A stretch of 64,000 bases of DNA from Candidatus Omnitrophota bacterium (GTDB taxonomy: Bacteria > Omnitrophota > Omnitrophia > Omnitrophales > Aquincolibacteriaceae), in the NCBI GenBank assembly GCA_043821445.1, contig JBDRCT010000031.1, positions 35,620 through 99,619 of the forward strand. Reading direction: 5' to 3'. Below the pieces are notes generated by a model. It was not told where the DNA came from and did not search any database. It saw only the letters and a list, made by a program, of their open reading frames with translations. This document shows positions 34,803 to 44,371 of the stretch, piece by piece. Position numbers and translations under genes: made by a program. Position 1 is the stretch's first letter; each line of letters starts with the position of its first letter.

Positions 34803-35214
34803 AGCGGGGGCTTTCATTGGCGGCTTGACCGGGGTCGTCATGATTTCGGCGGTAACATTTAGTCCTATGGGACATGGAGAGGAACCTGTCAGGGAATATT
34901 ATGCAAATGGAAAGCTAAAATCAGAACAGTCCTTCAAAGATGGAAAGCTTGAGGGAATCTTTAAGGTATATTACGACAACGGACAATTAAGAAAAGTGGG
35001 ATCTTACAAGAACGGGAAGCGAAATGGGCCGTTTAAGACGTATTATGAAAACGGGCAAGTAGTTTTAGATGAATTTTACATGAATGGAAAACAAGAGAGG
35101 TCGTTTAAGACATATTATAAAAATGGGCAATTAAGGAGCTATTCGCTCTACAAGGATGGAAAACGAGTGGGAGCGGTTAAGGAGTATGACAAAGACGGAA
35201 AGTTAAGGCCGTGA
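34792..35214 (+). CDS. TM-anchored MORN-variant (YwqK-like) repeat protein
   Basis: MSIKAGAFIGGLTGVVMISAV TM helix. Six repeats of YYxNGxLxxxxSYKxGKxxG type. Confidence 0.6.
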   Translation: MSIKAGAFIGGLTGVVMISAVTFSPMGHGEEPVREYYANGKLKSEQSFKDGKLEGIFKVYYDNGQLRKVGSYKNGKRNGPFKTYYENGQVVLDEFYMNGKQERSFKTYYKNGQLRSYSLYKDGKRVGAVKEYDKDGKLRP

Positions 35215-35237
35215 GAACGTAGGAGGGGGTTGTGGGG

Positions 35238-36125
35238 ATGAAAAAATGTCCTTTTTGTGGGGAGGAAGTAAAAGAGGAGCCTCCGGTTTGTCGCCTCTGT
35301 CACTTTGATTTAAAGACGGGCAAGATCGTGAATTTTATAGACCCCATAGTAAAGAGCGCACCTTTTCCCAAGCCAGTTAAAAAAAGAAAAAGAAAAAGAA
35401 AAGATGTTAGGGTGGGCATTAAGATAGGATTTGGTATATTTGTATTGCTTCCATTGGGATTATTATCTTCGTGGTTTTTGTTTACCTTCCAGTCAGCTCC
35501 TCAAGAGTTGAATTCGCAATATCAAATATTTCTCGTTGCCGCTTCGAAGGTCATTAGCCTATTGACCGGCCTAGTGCCCTTTTGGATTGCTAAAAACAAA
35601 GGGCGTACGAGACTCGCAAAATCCTCATTCTGGATTTGTGTGGCCTTAGCACTTACGGGTGGAGCTGTTTTTGCTTGGCCCGGAGCTGCTATTTTGACCG
35701 TGATTGCACTGGCTGCTAAAAAACCCAAAAAAACCAAGGGCCGGTTGCTGGGAAAGACGATGGCGAGAGAGGCATTGATTTTTTTGGGGGTAATGTTTGT
35801 TATCTTTATCTATATGTTTGTCATTGAAGAGTTTGTTTTAAACGGTATGGATACAAAGATTCTGAGGATCGAAAACGAGTATTCTTTGAGGCATTTTTAT
35901 TCCTATGAAACTTCAAAATATATTATTAGTCCACGTGATATAGACACTGATTTAAATGGAACCCCAGGTGCCAAACCTCCTGATTTTGTCAATGAACTGC
36001 AGTTTCTTTTGTCTTCGCGACGCTTTTTAGAAGACGATGTCGGAAAGTTATTGTTTTTTTCCTATCTACTTTATCTTTTAGTCCGCGTTGTCATCCGGGC
36101 AATTAAAAAATCGAGGACAAAATGA
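35238..36125 (+). CDS. Zinc-ribbon multi-pass membrane protein
   Basis: MKKCPFCGEE...CRLCHFDL ribbon. KKRKRKRK stretch. About 5 TM helices. Confidence 0.55.
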   Translation: MKKCPFCGEEVKEEPPVCRLCHFDLKTGKIVNFIDPIVKSAPFPKPVKKRKRKRKDVRVGIKIGFGIFVLLPLGLLSSWFLFTFQSAPQELNSQYQIFLVAASKVISLLTGLVPFWIAKNKGRTRLAKSSFWICVALALTGGAVFAWPGAAILTVIALAAKKPKKTKGRLLGKTMAREALIFLGVMFVIFIYMFVIEEFVLNGMDTKILRIENEYSLRHFYSYETSKYIISPRDIDTDLNGTPGAKPPDFVNELQFLLSSRRFLEDDVGKLLFFSYLLYLLVRVVIRAIKKSRTK

Positions 36126-36237
36126 CCGGATCCCTAGCCTCTTACTTTGCTTGTCTTGGGCTGGGAGAGATTAAGCCCACGCAGGAGCAGATTGAGGTTA
36201 TTCAGACGTTTCTTGACTAGCGACGGAGTGCCAGACC

Positions 36238-37164
36238 ATGAGATGCCGAAAACTAGCTGATCTCCAGAAGGACATAGAAACATTCGACGGTAAGTGGGAG
36301 CTGTCGCCCACGCATGAGCTTACGTATAAGGAGCGCGGTGGGGACAAAGAAGCGACGATTAAAGGACTGCTTGTAGCGGTGGAGCCGGATGCGCTGGTGA
36401 TCTCGGTCACGATGAAAGAAGACGAGAAGCGTACCGTGACCGGGCTCGTGAAGCTGTCGGGCAAATGGGAGCTTGACGAAAAGAACCGCATTACCTTCTC
36501 TGTGAAGCGCGGCCTCGACCGCTACGGCAAGCTTACGTTTCAGGGCTCCTGGGAGATCAATGATAATTTTCAGGTGACCTATTCTTTTTCCACACAACAA
36601 GTTCTCGAGGGTTCGGGGAAGAAACGCCGGCGTGTAACACGCACGACGCAGAAACTTATTTTCGAAGGCCGTTGGGATTTTTCAGAGAAAAATTGCCTAA
36701 CCTATCTGATCGGAGTGGACTCCGGATCTTCGTTTCGGTTCCGGGGAACATTTGAGACGCACAGCATTCTCGCGAAGAAAGGGGAGATCCGCTACCAGGT
36801 TGGCGTGGAGTATAAAACTTCCCGGGGTGCGAAAAAATGGTTGACGCAGACGATCACTCTTTTCGGGAAGTGGAAACTTTCGGACGACCTCGCGCTTTCT
36901 TTCGAGCTCGAACGCGCAGACGGCCGCAGGTCCGAGATTCGCGTTGGTGCCGACCTTTCCTTGAAAAAACTCCAAGGGCCGGGGCTCCGGCGTCTGCTAT
37001 CCGACGAGGTTTCAGTGGATCTTAAAAACCGTGAAGGCGATCCTCTCGGCATCGAACTCGTTCTCACCAAGGACCTCTTCGACGGCAATGCCCAAACTTT
37101 TGTCCGGTTCCGGGAATCGCTCAAGGAAACCGCGGTCGAGGCCGGCCTAACGATCCCGTGGTAG
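36238..37164 (+). CDS. Beta-repeat protein (five GKWEL-type ~55-aa repeats), function unknown
   Basis: Internal repeats GKWELSPTHELTY / GKWELDEKNRITF / GSWEINDNFQVTY / GRWDFSEKNCLTY / GKWKLSDDLALSF. No signal peptide. 5' and 3' fragments of paralogs occur at 33433 and 31926. Confidence 0.6.
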   Translation: MRCRKLADLQKDIETFDGKWELSPTHELTYKERGGDKEATIKGLLVAVEPDALVISVTMKEDEKRTVTGLVKLSGKWELDEKNRITFSVKRGLDRYGKLTFQGSWEINDNFQVTYSFSTQQVLEGSGKKRRRVTRTTQKLIFEGRWDFSEKNCLTYLIGVDSGSSFRFRGTFETHSILAKKGEIRYQVGVEYKTSRGAKKWLTQTITLFGKWKLSDDLALSFELERADGRRSEIRVGADLSLKKLQGPGLRRLLSDEVSVDLKNREGDPLGIELVLTKDLFDGNAQTFVRFRESLKETAVEAGLTIPW

Positions 37165-37187
37165 TATTAAAAAAGGGAATCTTGCCG

Positions 37188-38420
37188 TTATGTCTGTCCC
37201 CCCAAAGGGGACTGCCACATGTTTTGGTCGGTGCCGGCGGGGACGAGCATCGGGCCTTGCAGGAACAGGATCTCCTGGCTCCCCGGCGGCGGCGTGGCCG
37301 AGATGCACCGGATGACGGGAACGCTCACGGGGGCGCTTGAATTGCCGGCCAAGTCTTCCGCAAGGACGGTAAAATGATTATCCCCTCTGACGAGGCCTAC
37401 CAGAACCGACCAGGTCACGGAACTATCGTTTGTGACAAGCGGCGTGTACGAGAGGCCGCCATCGGAGGAGATCCAGATGCTTGCTCCGGGAGCCTTGCTT
37501 CCGCTTAAGGTGACGGTACGAGTGGTCACGGTCGCGAGCGGTGGTGTCACCAGGGGGGCGGTCATCATATAAGTGATCGGGGGAATGGTCACCACGGCGC
37601 TTGGATGGCCGGCCCTGTCCTGAGCGAGAATCGTGAAATGATTGGTACCGCTGACCAGTTTCACCGGAGCGGACCACGTCGTGGCGGTAGTTTTTGGCAC
37701 AAGCTGTGTGTAGAACCGGCCCCCGTTGGATGAGATCCGGATGCTTTCTTCGGCCGCTTTCGTTCCGTTTAACACGATCCATGGATGGTTCGACACGGTC
37801 CCGGGCGGCGTCACCGTGGGAGCGGGCACCGTATAACTGTAGGTAATGGTCGGGACGATCACTTCGGCGCTTGGATTTAAAGTCTCATCTGCCGCGACGA
37901 TCCTGAAATCATTGGTTCCGTCAACAAGGTCCACCGAAGCGGACCAGGGGGTCTCTGTGCTCTCCGCCACAAACAGCGTGTACGACCTGCCGCCGTTTGA
38001 GGAGATCCAGAGGCTCTGCCCCGGGGCCTTGGTCCCGCCGAGTGTGAGCGTGCTCATGCTGACGGTCCCGGGCGGCGGCGCGACATCAGGGGGAGGCACG
38101 AACTCCGGTGTTTCGGGAGCCTTCAGGGTTTGCGTTTCTGCACCGGCTGAAGGAGCGGAGAGCGCGCCGGTGGCCAAAAAGTCAAGGATCGCGGGAGGGA
38201 TCCGTATCGCGGGAGGTACAGGGGCCGTTTCCGCTACGGAGTTTTTTTGCGCCAGGGTGTCCGTCTGAGGCTGGTCCCATCCGGCCTGGATGCCGGTCTC
38301 AGGCTGCGTCGTCACCGCGAAGCCCGGCAGAACGGCCTGTGAGAGAACAAAAGAGAGGGCGGCGGTCAGTAGGAGGCTCTTCTTTGCGACGAGTACTTTC
38401 TTAAACCGGTCATGGATCAA
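37188..38420 (-). CDS. Secreted protein with three Ig-like ~90-aa repeats
   Basis: Signal peptide. Three tandem repeats (PGTVS..L.GTKA.G.S..ISSNGGR.YT..V......WSA.V.LV.GTN.F.I.A.D..) resemble the giant-protein N-terminal Ig-like domains. Its C-terminal tail is duplicated at 32239..32390. Confidence 0.65.
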   Translation of the reverse strand: MIHDRFKKVLVAKKSLLLTAALSFVLSQAVLPGFAVTTQPETGIQAGWDQPQTDTLAQKNSVAETAPVPPAIRIPPAILDFLATGALSAPSAGAETQTLKAPETPEFVPPPDVAPPPGTVSMSTLTLGGTKAPGQSLWISSNGGRSYTLFVAESTETPWSASVDLVDGTNDFRIVAADETLNPSAEVIVPTITYSYTVPAPTVTPPGTVSNHPWIVLNGTKAAEESIRISSNGGRFYTQLVPKTTATTWSAPVKLVSGTNHFTILAQDRAGHPSAVVTIPPITYMMTAPLVTPPLATVTTRTVTLSGSKAPGASIWISSDGGLSYTPLVTNDSSVTWSVLVGLVRGDNHFTVLAEDLAGNSSAPVSVPVIRCISATPPPGSQEILFLQGPMLVPAGTDQNMWQSPLGGQT

Positions 38421-38764
38421 GGCGGTCTGCGCTCCTCTTTTTATTCCCGATTTTCAGTACCGTTCTCCATTTATTTTAAAGGTTAACGGTACCCTACTGC
38501 AAACCCTAAAAATCAATTGGAATGCAGCATGATGGATTCTTTTATGACGCGAAAAAGCTAACATCAGAAACGTCTTTTTGCAATAGCTCCTGGAATAAAA
38601 AGACAGATGACTTCACCCGTCTTTGCCCGTTCCCAAGGTACCCCCGTTATCTTTCCATTGACGAAGTTCCTCAGATAGAGCAATATATAGCAAAAGGTGC
38701 GCCTTGGAAGTGCCGATGGTGATATCAACACGACAAAAAGCATATGGGAAAAACAGGGGGAACC

Positions 38765-39349
38765 ATGAAGCAGAATACAAGAACAAGGATGCTTGTTGGG
38801 GGTGTCATAGCGGCGATCATCATCTTGGTAGTGTCTCTTCTTCCGCGTCAGGCCGACCAAATCGTGGTAAAGACGAACTATTTTAGCAACGGACAATTGG
38901 AGTTTGAATGTCCTTACAAGAATGGACAGCGCGACGGCCTGTGTAGGACTTATTATCCGAGCGGACAAGCGAGACTCGTAGAGTATTTTCAGGATGGACT
39001 ATTCAACGGCTCGCGCAAAACTTATTTTCCGGATGGGAAATTGGAGACGGAAACAATTTATCAAAACGGGAGGATCGACGAGAGATGGCTTAAGGAATAC
39101 TACGCCAGTGGACAATTGAAAACACAAGTGATCCACCAGCAGGGGAGGAGGCTCGCGGAGAGGATCATTCAAGAGTATTATGAAAGCGGGCAATTGAAAT
39201 CAGAGACCGCCTCCGACGGTGCGTCCGGGATAATAACCATTAAGGAATATTATGAGGACGGAAAGTTGAAGGCCCAGCGGATCCTCAAGGATGGCAAGCC
39301 TGAAGGAATATCTAGCGAGTATGACGAGGCCGGGAACTTGAAGCCGTAG
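38765..39349 (+). CDS. TM-anchored MORN-variant (YwqK-like) repeat protein
   Basis: TM helix, then seven repeats YF.NGQLE/YYPSGQARL/YFPDGKLE/YYASGQLK/YYESGQLK/YYEDGKLK. Confidence 0.6.
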   Translation: MKQNTRTRMLVGGVIAAIIILVVSLLPRQADQIVVKTNYFSNGQLEFECPYKNGQRDGLCRTYYPSGQARLVEYFQDGLFNGSRKTYFPDGKLETETIYQNGRIDERWLKEYYASGQLKTQVIHQQGRRLAERIIQEYYESGQLKSETASDGASGIITIKEYYEDGKLKAQRILKDGKPEGISSEYDEAGNLKP

Positions 39350-39391
39350 AGCGTTTTCCGTGTTCAAATAGATAAAAATGGAGTAACACCC

Positions 39392-39431
39392 AAGGCCATC
39401 GGGGAATAACCCCGATGGCCTTCGTATTTTT
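39392..39431 (+). terminator. Rho-independent terminator
   Basis: AAGGCCATCGGGG-aataa-CCCCGATGGCCTT followed by CGTATTTTT. Confidence 0.7.
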
Positions 39432-39497
39432 AGAACGGCACCCGGTCCCTTTCTGCGCAGGGGCCCGCCTGAAATTCGTCTCATCCCGCCCTCCTAG

Positions 39498-39986
39498 ATG
39501 GCCGATAACCATGCCGTTCCAGGTTTGGGGGCAAAAGGTTTTCCGACACGGCAAAGGAGATCTCACGGAGTGAAGGGTCCATGGAACGGTTTTTCACAGA
39601 TTTGGCTGCCGGTGCTTTTGTGGATGCTCTTCATTTACATCCTTTCCTCGGTCTCCGGAAAAGACATTCCCGATTTTCCGGTGCCGTATTTCCACAAGAT
39701 GGTCCATTTCTTCGAATACTCGATCTTGGGAGGGCTTTGGATCAGAGCGTTCTTACTTCGCCGGCCCGGCGCGCCGTGTCTCAAATTCTCGATCCTCGCC
39801 TGGACCCTGACAACGATCTTCGCTTTTTCGGACGAATGGCATCAGACTTTCGTTCCCGGGAGATCGGGCAAACTCGAAGACGTTTTTTTTGACATGATCT
39901 GGGCGGTCTTGGGGATCCTGCTCTATCTTCACGGGCAACACAAACCCGGGCAGAAACACTCACCCAAAAAGGATGCCCTTGCCTGA
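39498..39986 (+). CDS. VanZ-like family membrane protein
   Basis: Four TM helices. FSDEWHQTFVPGRSGKLEDVFFDMIWAVLG matches the VanZ-like DExHQxFxPGR motif. The true start may be downstream of 39498. Confidence 0.65.
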   Translation: MADNHAVPGLGAKGFPTRQRRSHGVKGPWNGFSQIWLPVLLWMLFIYILSSVSGKDIPDFPVPYFHKMVHFFEYSILGGLWIRAFLLRRPGAPCLKFSILAWTLTTIFAFSDEWHQTFVPGRSGKLEDVFFDMIWAVLGILLYLHGQHKPGQKHSPKKDALA

Positions 39987-40112
39987 TCCTCGCGCGGCCT
40001 GCGTTTACTGATAGCTTTTTTGATTTTTAGACGTAAAATATCTCCTGTGATAAGGCATCCATGGGTAGGATACCTGTGGTGATGTTGAGAGGAGAGAAAG
40101 GAGGTTCCAGGA

Positions 40113-40631
40113 ATGGACATCAAAGTTCGAATTTTTATGGGCGGGTTGATCGGAGGGGTTATCCTTTCGGCAGTCCTATTGAATCCTGTGGGGTACGGGA
40201 AGTACCCTGTTTGGACGCCCGTTGAGGAACCCGTCAAGACATCCGTTAAGCGGTATTATAAAAGCGGAAAATTATTTTCAGAGAAGTTTTACGGGAAAAC
40301 CGCATCAGAGTGGACGGTCAAGGAGTATTACGAAGACGGGCCGTTGCGTTCAGAGATCTCTTATAAGGATGGAAATCGGGAAGGGATTGCTAAGGAATAT
40401 TACAAAAACGGGCAATTGCGCTCAGAAATATCCTATAAGGATGGAAAGCGGGAGGGGCCTTCCAAGACGTACTACGAAAACGGAAAATTGAAAGGCGAAA
40501 TGGCTTATAAGAACGGAAGGCTCGAGGGACTGTTGCGGTATGACCAGAACGGGCCGTCAGAAAGAGAAATAGGAAGAGAAATAGCAAAAGAAATGGCAAA
40601 AGAAATGGATCCGGAGAGTGGAAAGTCATAG
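40113..40631 (+). CDS. TM-anchored MORN-variant (YwqK-like) repeat protein
   Basis: TM helix, then YYKSGKLFSE/YYEDGPLRSEISYKDGNREG/YYKNGQLRSEISYKDGKREG/YYENGKLKGEMAYKNGRLEG repeats. Tail carries a short EIAKEMAKEM repeat. Confidence 0.6.
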   Translation: MDIKVRIFMGGLIGGVILSAVLLNPVGYGKYPVWTPVEEPVKTSVKRYYKSGKLFSEKFYGKTASEWTVKEYYEDGPLRSEISYKDGNREGIAKEYYKNGQLRSEISYKDGKREGPSKTYYENGKLKGEMAYKNGRLEGLLRYDQNGPSEREIGREIAKEMAKEMDPESGKS

Positions 40632-40756
40632 CAAGGCATCTTTCTGGAATTATTTTGATATTCAATGGAGTTCGTCGTAGAATTCCTCAGGCCTATTCAG
40701 TTTGTGAGTGTTCTGGGCGGTAACAGGGACGTACGAACCCTTAGAGCGAGGCTGAA

Positions 40757-41161
40757 ATGTCAGAAAATAAGAAATGTATCCTGGTCATCGATGACGAAGA
40801 TGATGTTTGCCAGATCATCAAAGAGAAGCTCGAGCCTTTGGGCTATACGATCCTGACAGCTCCCGGTGGGGAGGAGGGTTTCCGGAAAACCGTGGAAGAA
40901 AAGCCCGATTGCGTGCTTCTGGATATTCTCATCCCGAGGGGTGAGGACGGGCTGACTTATCTCCGCACTCTCCGCTTTTATCGCCACCCGGATCTTGAAA
41001 AACAGGAACAGATCAGGAAAACTCCTGTGATCGTGATCACCGGCGCGGGGCTGAAGATGCGGCCTCTCTTCGAGTTTGAGGGGATCAGTGGTTTCATTGA
41101 GAAGCCTTTCGATCTGGCCAATCTCCGCGGCAAGATCGAGCACGTCCTTCGAACGCGTTAG
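40757..41161 (+). CDS. Standalone response-regulator receiver domain protein (paralog of 17474..17878)
   Basis: ILVIDDEDDVCQIIKE...DCVLLDILIP...PVIVITGAGL. About 60% identical to the 17474 protein. Confidence 0.8.
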   Translation: MSENKKCILVIDDEDDVCQIIKEKLEPLGYTILTAPGGEEGFRKTVEEKPDCVLLDILIPRGEDGLTYLRTLRFYRHPDLEKQEQIRKTPVIVITGAGLKMRPLFEFEGISGFIEKPFDLANLRGKIEHVLRTR

Positions 41162-41493
41162 TCCGCGTCACTTTCCCGGGAACTTCCGCGGTTTCTCCCG
41201 TGACTCGCACGCCCTCTTTTTTCCCTCATGACCCGCGTTCCTGAGGCCCTTTTTCCCGTCTGTTCTGGCCCACGCCGGAGACTTTTTCCCAAGGAAGGGT
41301 AAAGCGAAAAGAAAGATTTTTGATTGCATGGAAATGTATTACAATTTCAGAGAAGCTCATTCAATGCCTTGTCTTTCGAGCTCCTTTGAGTACGAAGGAT
41401 GGGTGTGTTCAAGGAAAGGGTTGAATGGGGAAAGAGTGTCCGGTCCGTTGACGCCCGGCATTGTGGGGTCCGATATTTGAGGTGCTATTCGAG

Positions 41494-42942
41494 ATGAAGA
41501 TCTGCCTGATCAATCCACCCTTTACAGACCGGTTTTGCCGCGGTGCCCGTTGGCAAGCTTCCAGCAAAGGCACGGCCCTGTGGATGCCGATCTGGCTGAT
41601 CTATGCGACCGGGGTGCTCGACAAAGCCGGGCACCAGACGCGTCTGATCGACAGCCCGGCCAAGAAGCAATCCCGTGAGGAGCTTTTGGACGAGGTGAAG
41701 GGATTTGCCCCACAAATGATCGTCATTTATACGGCGACGGGGAGCATTGTGAACGATCTGGAAATAACGGATCTCCTGAAGCGGGCGTGTCCGGAAGCGA
41801 TCACCGTGGTCACAGGGCCGCATGTTTCCGTTTTGCCCGAGGACTCCCTGCGCCGTTCGCCGGGAACTGATTACGTGATCTGCCGCGAGTTCGACTCTGT
41901 GTTGCGTGATATGGCGGCCGTGATGGACCGGGGGGGCGATCCTTCATCCCTTGCGGGTCTCGCGTATCTTCGCGACGGGAAATTTACGGCTAACGAACCA
42001 CCGCCTCCGATTGAGAATCTCGACGAGCTGCCCTTCTCCATCCAGGTCATCGAAAAACATCTGAATATTCATCATTATCACATGGATTATTTGCTTTACC
42101 CGTGGGTTCAGACCTATTTCGGACGGGGCTGCTACGCGCAATGTGTTTTCTGCCTGTGGCCGCAAACCCTGATGGGCCGGAAGTACCGCAAGCGCAGTCT
42201 CGACAGCATTTTTGCCGAATTGGACTATATCCGCGACCGGGCGCCTTACGTCAAAGAACTGATGATCGATGATGACACTTTCACCTTCGACCTGGGGCGT
42301 GTCCGGGAATTCTGCGAGCGGAAGATCGCGGGGGGGTATAAGATCAACTGGTGCGCCAATGTCCGGCCCAATATCACCGACATCGAGCTTCTCCGGCTCA
42401 TGAAAAAAGCGGGTTGCCGCGCGATGGTGGCCGGGTACGAATCCGGGAGTCCGGAGATCCTGAAACGGATAAAAAAAGGCATCACCCTGAGGCAAATGGA
42501 GGCTTTTGCCGGGGCCGCCCGCAAGGCCGGCATTCAGGTGCACGGCGATTTCATTATCGGCCTTCCGGGTGAAACTCCCGGGACCATCGAAGAGACTTTC
42601 AGGACGGCGCTCCACCTTAAGCCGGCGACGATGCAGGTTTCGATCGCCCTGCCGCTTCCCGGTACGGAGTTTTATGACTGGCTCAAGGAGAATAAATTTC
42701 TGAAGACCGAGGATTTCTCGCAATTCCTGACCCCGGAGGGGGCCCAGAATGTGATGATGGATTATCCGGGTCTTTCGGGCGAAGACATGAAAAAAGCCAT
42801 GCATCGCATTGTCGTCCGTTATTATTTGCGGCCGGGTTACCTGGCCGGCGCTCTTTGGAGGATCGTGAAAGATCCCCGCGAGGCCGTGAAGTTCTGGCAT
42901 GCGGGGTGCAAGTTTTTTAAATATGCCATGTTTGGAACCTGA
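41494..42942 (+). CDS. B12-binding domain radical SAM protein (class B), paralog 1
   Basis: N-terminal cobalamin-binding-like domain (KICLINPPF...). Radical SAM motif GRGCYAQCVFC (Cx3Cx2C). TIM-barrel core. Confidence 0.8.
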   Translation: MKICLINPPFTDRFCRGARWQASSKGTALWMPIWLIYATGVLDKAGHQTRLIDSPAKKQSREELLDEVKGFAPQMIVIYTATGSIVNDLEITDLLKRACPEAITVVTGPHVSVLPEDSLRRSPGTDYVICREFDSVLRDMAAVMDRGGDPSSLAGLAYLRDGKFTANEPPPPIENLDELPFSIQVIEKHLNIHHYHMDYLLYPWVQTYFGRGCYAQCVFCLWPQTLMGRKYRKRSLDSIFAELDYIRDRAPYVKELMIDDDTFTFDLGRVREFCERKIAGGYKINWCANVRPNITDIELLRLMKKAGCRAMVAGYESGSPEILKRIKKGITLRQMEAFAGAARKAGIQVHGDFIIGLPGETPGTIEETFRTALHLKPATMQVSIALPLPGTEFYDWLKENKFLKTEDFSQFLTPEGAQNVMMDYPGLSGEDMKKAMHRIVVRYYLRPGYLAGALWRIVKDPREAVKFWHAGCKFFKYAMFGT

Positions 42943-44371
42943 GGAACCCATTTTGGATTTACTTCTGATCAATCCCTACTCCTCGAACCCTCATCCGATG
43001 ATCCCGCTCGGTCTGGCGTCCCTGGCCGCTGTGGCCTTGGAGGCAGGTTATTCTGTCAAGGTCGTGGACGCCTGGGCTGAGGGTTTGCGGGATCCCGATC
43101 AACTGGCGAAAAGACTGCGTGCGTTGCCGGTGCCCCGAGTGACGGGGATCAGCGTGCTCACGACCAACCTGCGCAGTGCCAAGGAAACCGCAGTTGCTTC
43201 GCGAACGATCTTTCCCGGGACTCTGCTTGTAATCGGGGGGCCCCACGTGTCGGCGTTGCCCGATGAAGTTTTAAAAGAATTTCCCGCTGCTGATCTGGGG
43301 GTCTATGGCGAAGGGGAAATGACGCTCAAGGAGATCCTCGCGGCCTTTACGCCGGAGGGCAAGCCGCCCCGGGATCTGCCCGGCACCCTGTGGCGGAACG
43401 CAGATCAAACGACCGTTAAGGCCGGACCGCGGCCGACGATCAAGGATCTGGACAGCCTGCCACGGCCTGCCCGGCATCTTTTTACTCTGGACAAATATCA
43501 TCCGCATTCCCCCTACGGCAGAAGATGGCGTTATGTCAATGAGATCACATCGCGTGGTTGTCCCTTTCATTGCGCTTATTGTTCCAAAAGCGTCTTCGGG
43601 GATTCTTACCGGGCGTTCTCCCCGGAACGTGTTGTGGACGATCTCCGGGAACTGGTGGCCCGTTACCACGTGCGGGAGATCCATTTTTATGATGACGATC
43701 TGACCCTAAATCGTAAACGGGCGGTGGAGATCATGGAACGCCTGATCGCGGCGGACCTGGACCTGATCTGGTCCTGCACGACCCGGTGTGATCTCGTGGA
43801 CACCGAACTTCTGGGTCTGATGAAAAAAGCCGGATGCTGGATGATCAGTTATGGCATTGAATCGGGGAATGAAGCTCTGAGGCAGACCGTGCAGAAGGAA
43901 GTCACCCGGGAGCAGATCGAAACCGCGGTCCGGGACACCAAACGGGCCGGGATCAGAGTCACCGGTTATTTCATGATAGGGCTGCCGGGCGAAACAGAAG
44001 AGACCGTAAAAGAAACCATGGGTTTTGCCGACCGGTTGAAGTTACACTACGTCAATTGGGCGGTGATGACCGTGTATCCGGGGAGTCCTTTCTATTTCGA
44101 TATTAAAAATGGAAAATACAAGGATTGCAAATTAACGAAGCAGGGCAGTGAAAAAGGGTCTCTCTTCCAGGACTCATTCGAGACCGGCGTGGAAGGTTGT
44201 TTGACCCGCGATCGCATGGAAACATTGGTTCGCCTGGCCACGCGCCGTTTCTACTTGCGGCCTGACAGCCTGTTGCGGACCCTGACCGATATCAGGTCCT
44301 TCGGTCAGCTGCGGCGTACCTTGCAGACGGGATGGAACATGTATCATTGGTTGAGAAAAGCATCGGCATGA
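42923..44371 (+). CDS. B12-binding domain radical SAM protein, paralog 2
   Basis: LLLINPYSS B12-like domain. SRGCPFHCAYCS motif. Overlaps the upstream gene by 20 nt. Confidence 0.8.
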   Translation: MPCLEPEEPILDLLLINPYSSNPHPMIPLGLASLAAVALEAGYSVKVVDAWAEGLRDPDQLAKRLRALPVPRVTGISVLTTNLRSAKETAVASRTIFPGTLLVIGGPHVSALPDEVLKEFPAADLGVYGEGEMTLKEILAAFTPEGKPPRDLPGTLWRNADQTTVKAGPRPTIKDLDSLPRPARHLFTLDKYHPHSPYGRRWRYVNEITSRGCPFHCAYCSKSVFGDSYRAFSPERVVDDLRELVARYHVREIHFYDDDLTLNRKRAVEIMERLIAADLDLIWSCTTRCDLVDTELLGLMKKAGCWMISYGIESGNEALRQTVQKEVTREQIETAVRDTKRAGIRVTGYFMIGLPGETEETVKETMGFADRLKLHYVNWAVMTVYPGSPFYFDIKNGKYKDCKLTKQGSEKGSLFQDSFETGVEGCLTRDRMETLVRLATRRFYLRPDSLLRTLTDIRSFGQLRRTLQTGWNMYHWLRKASA

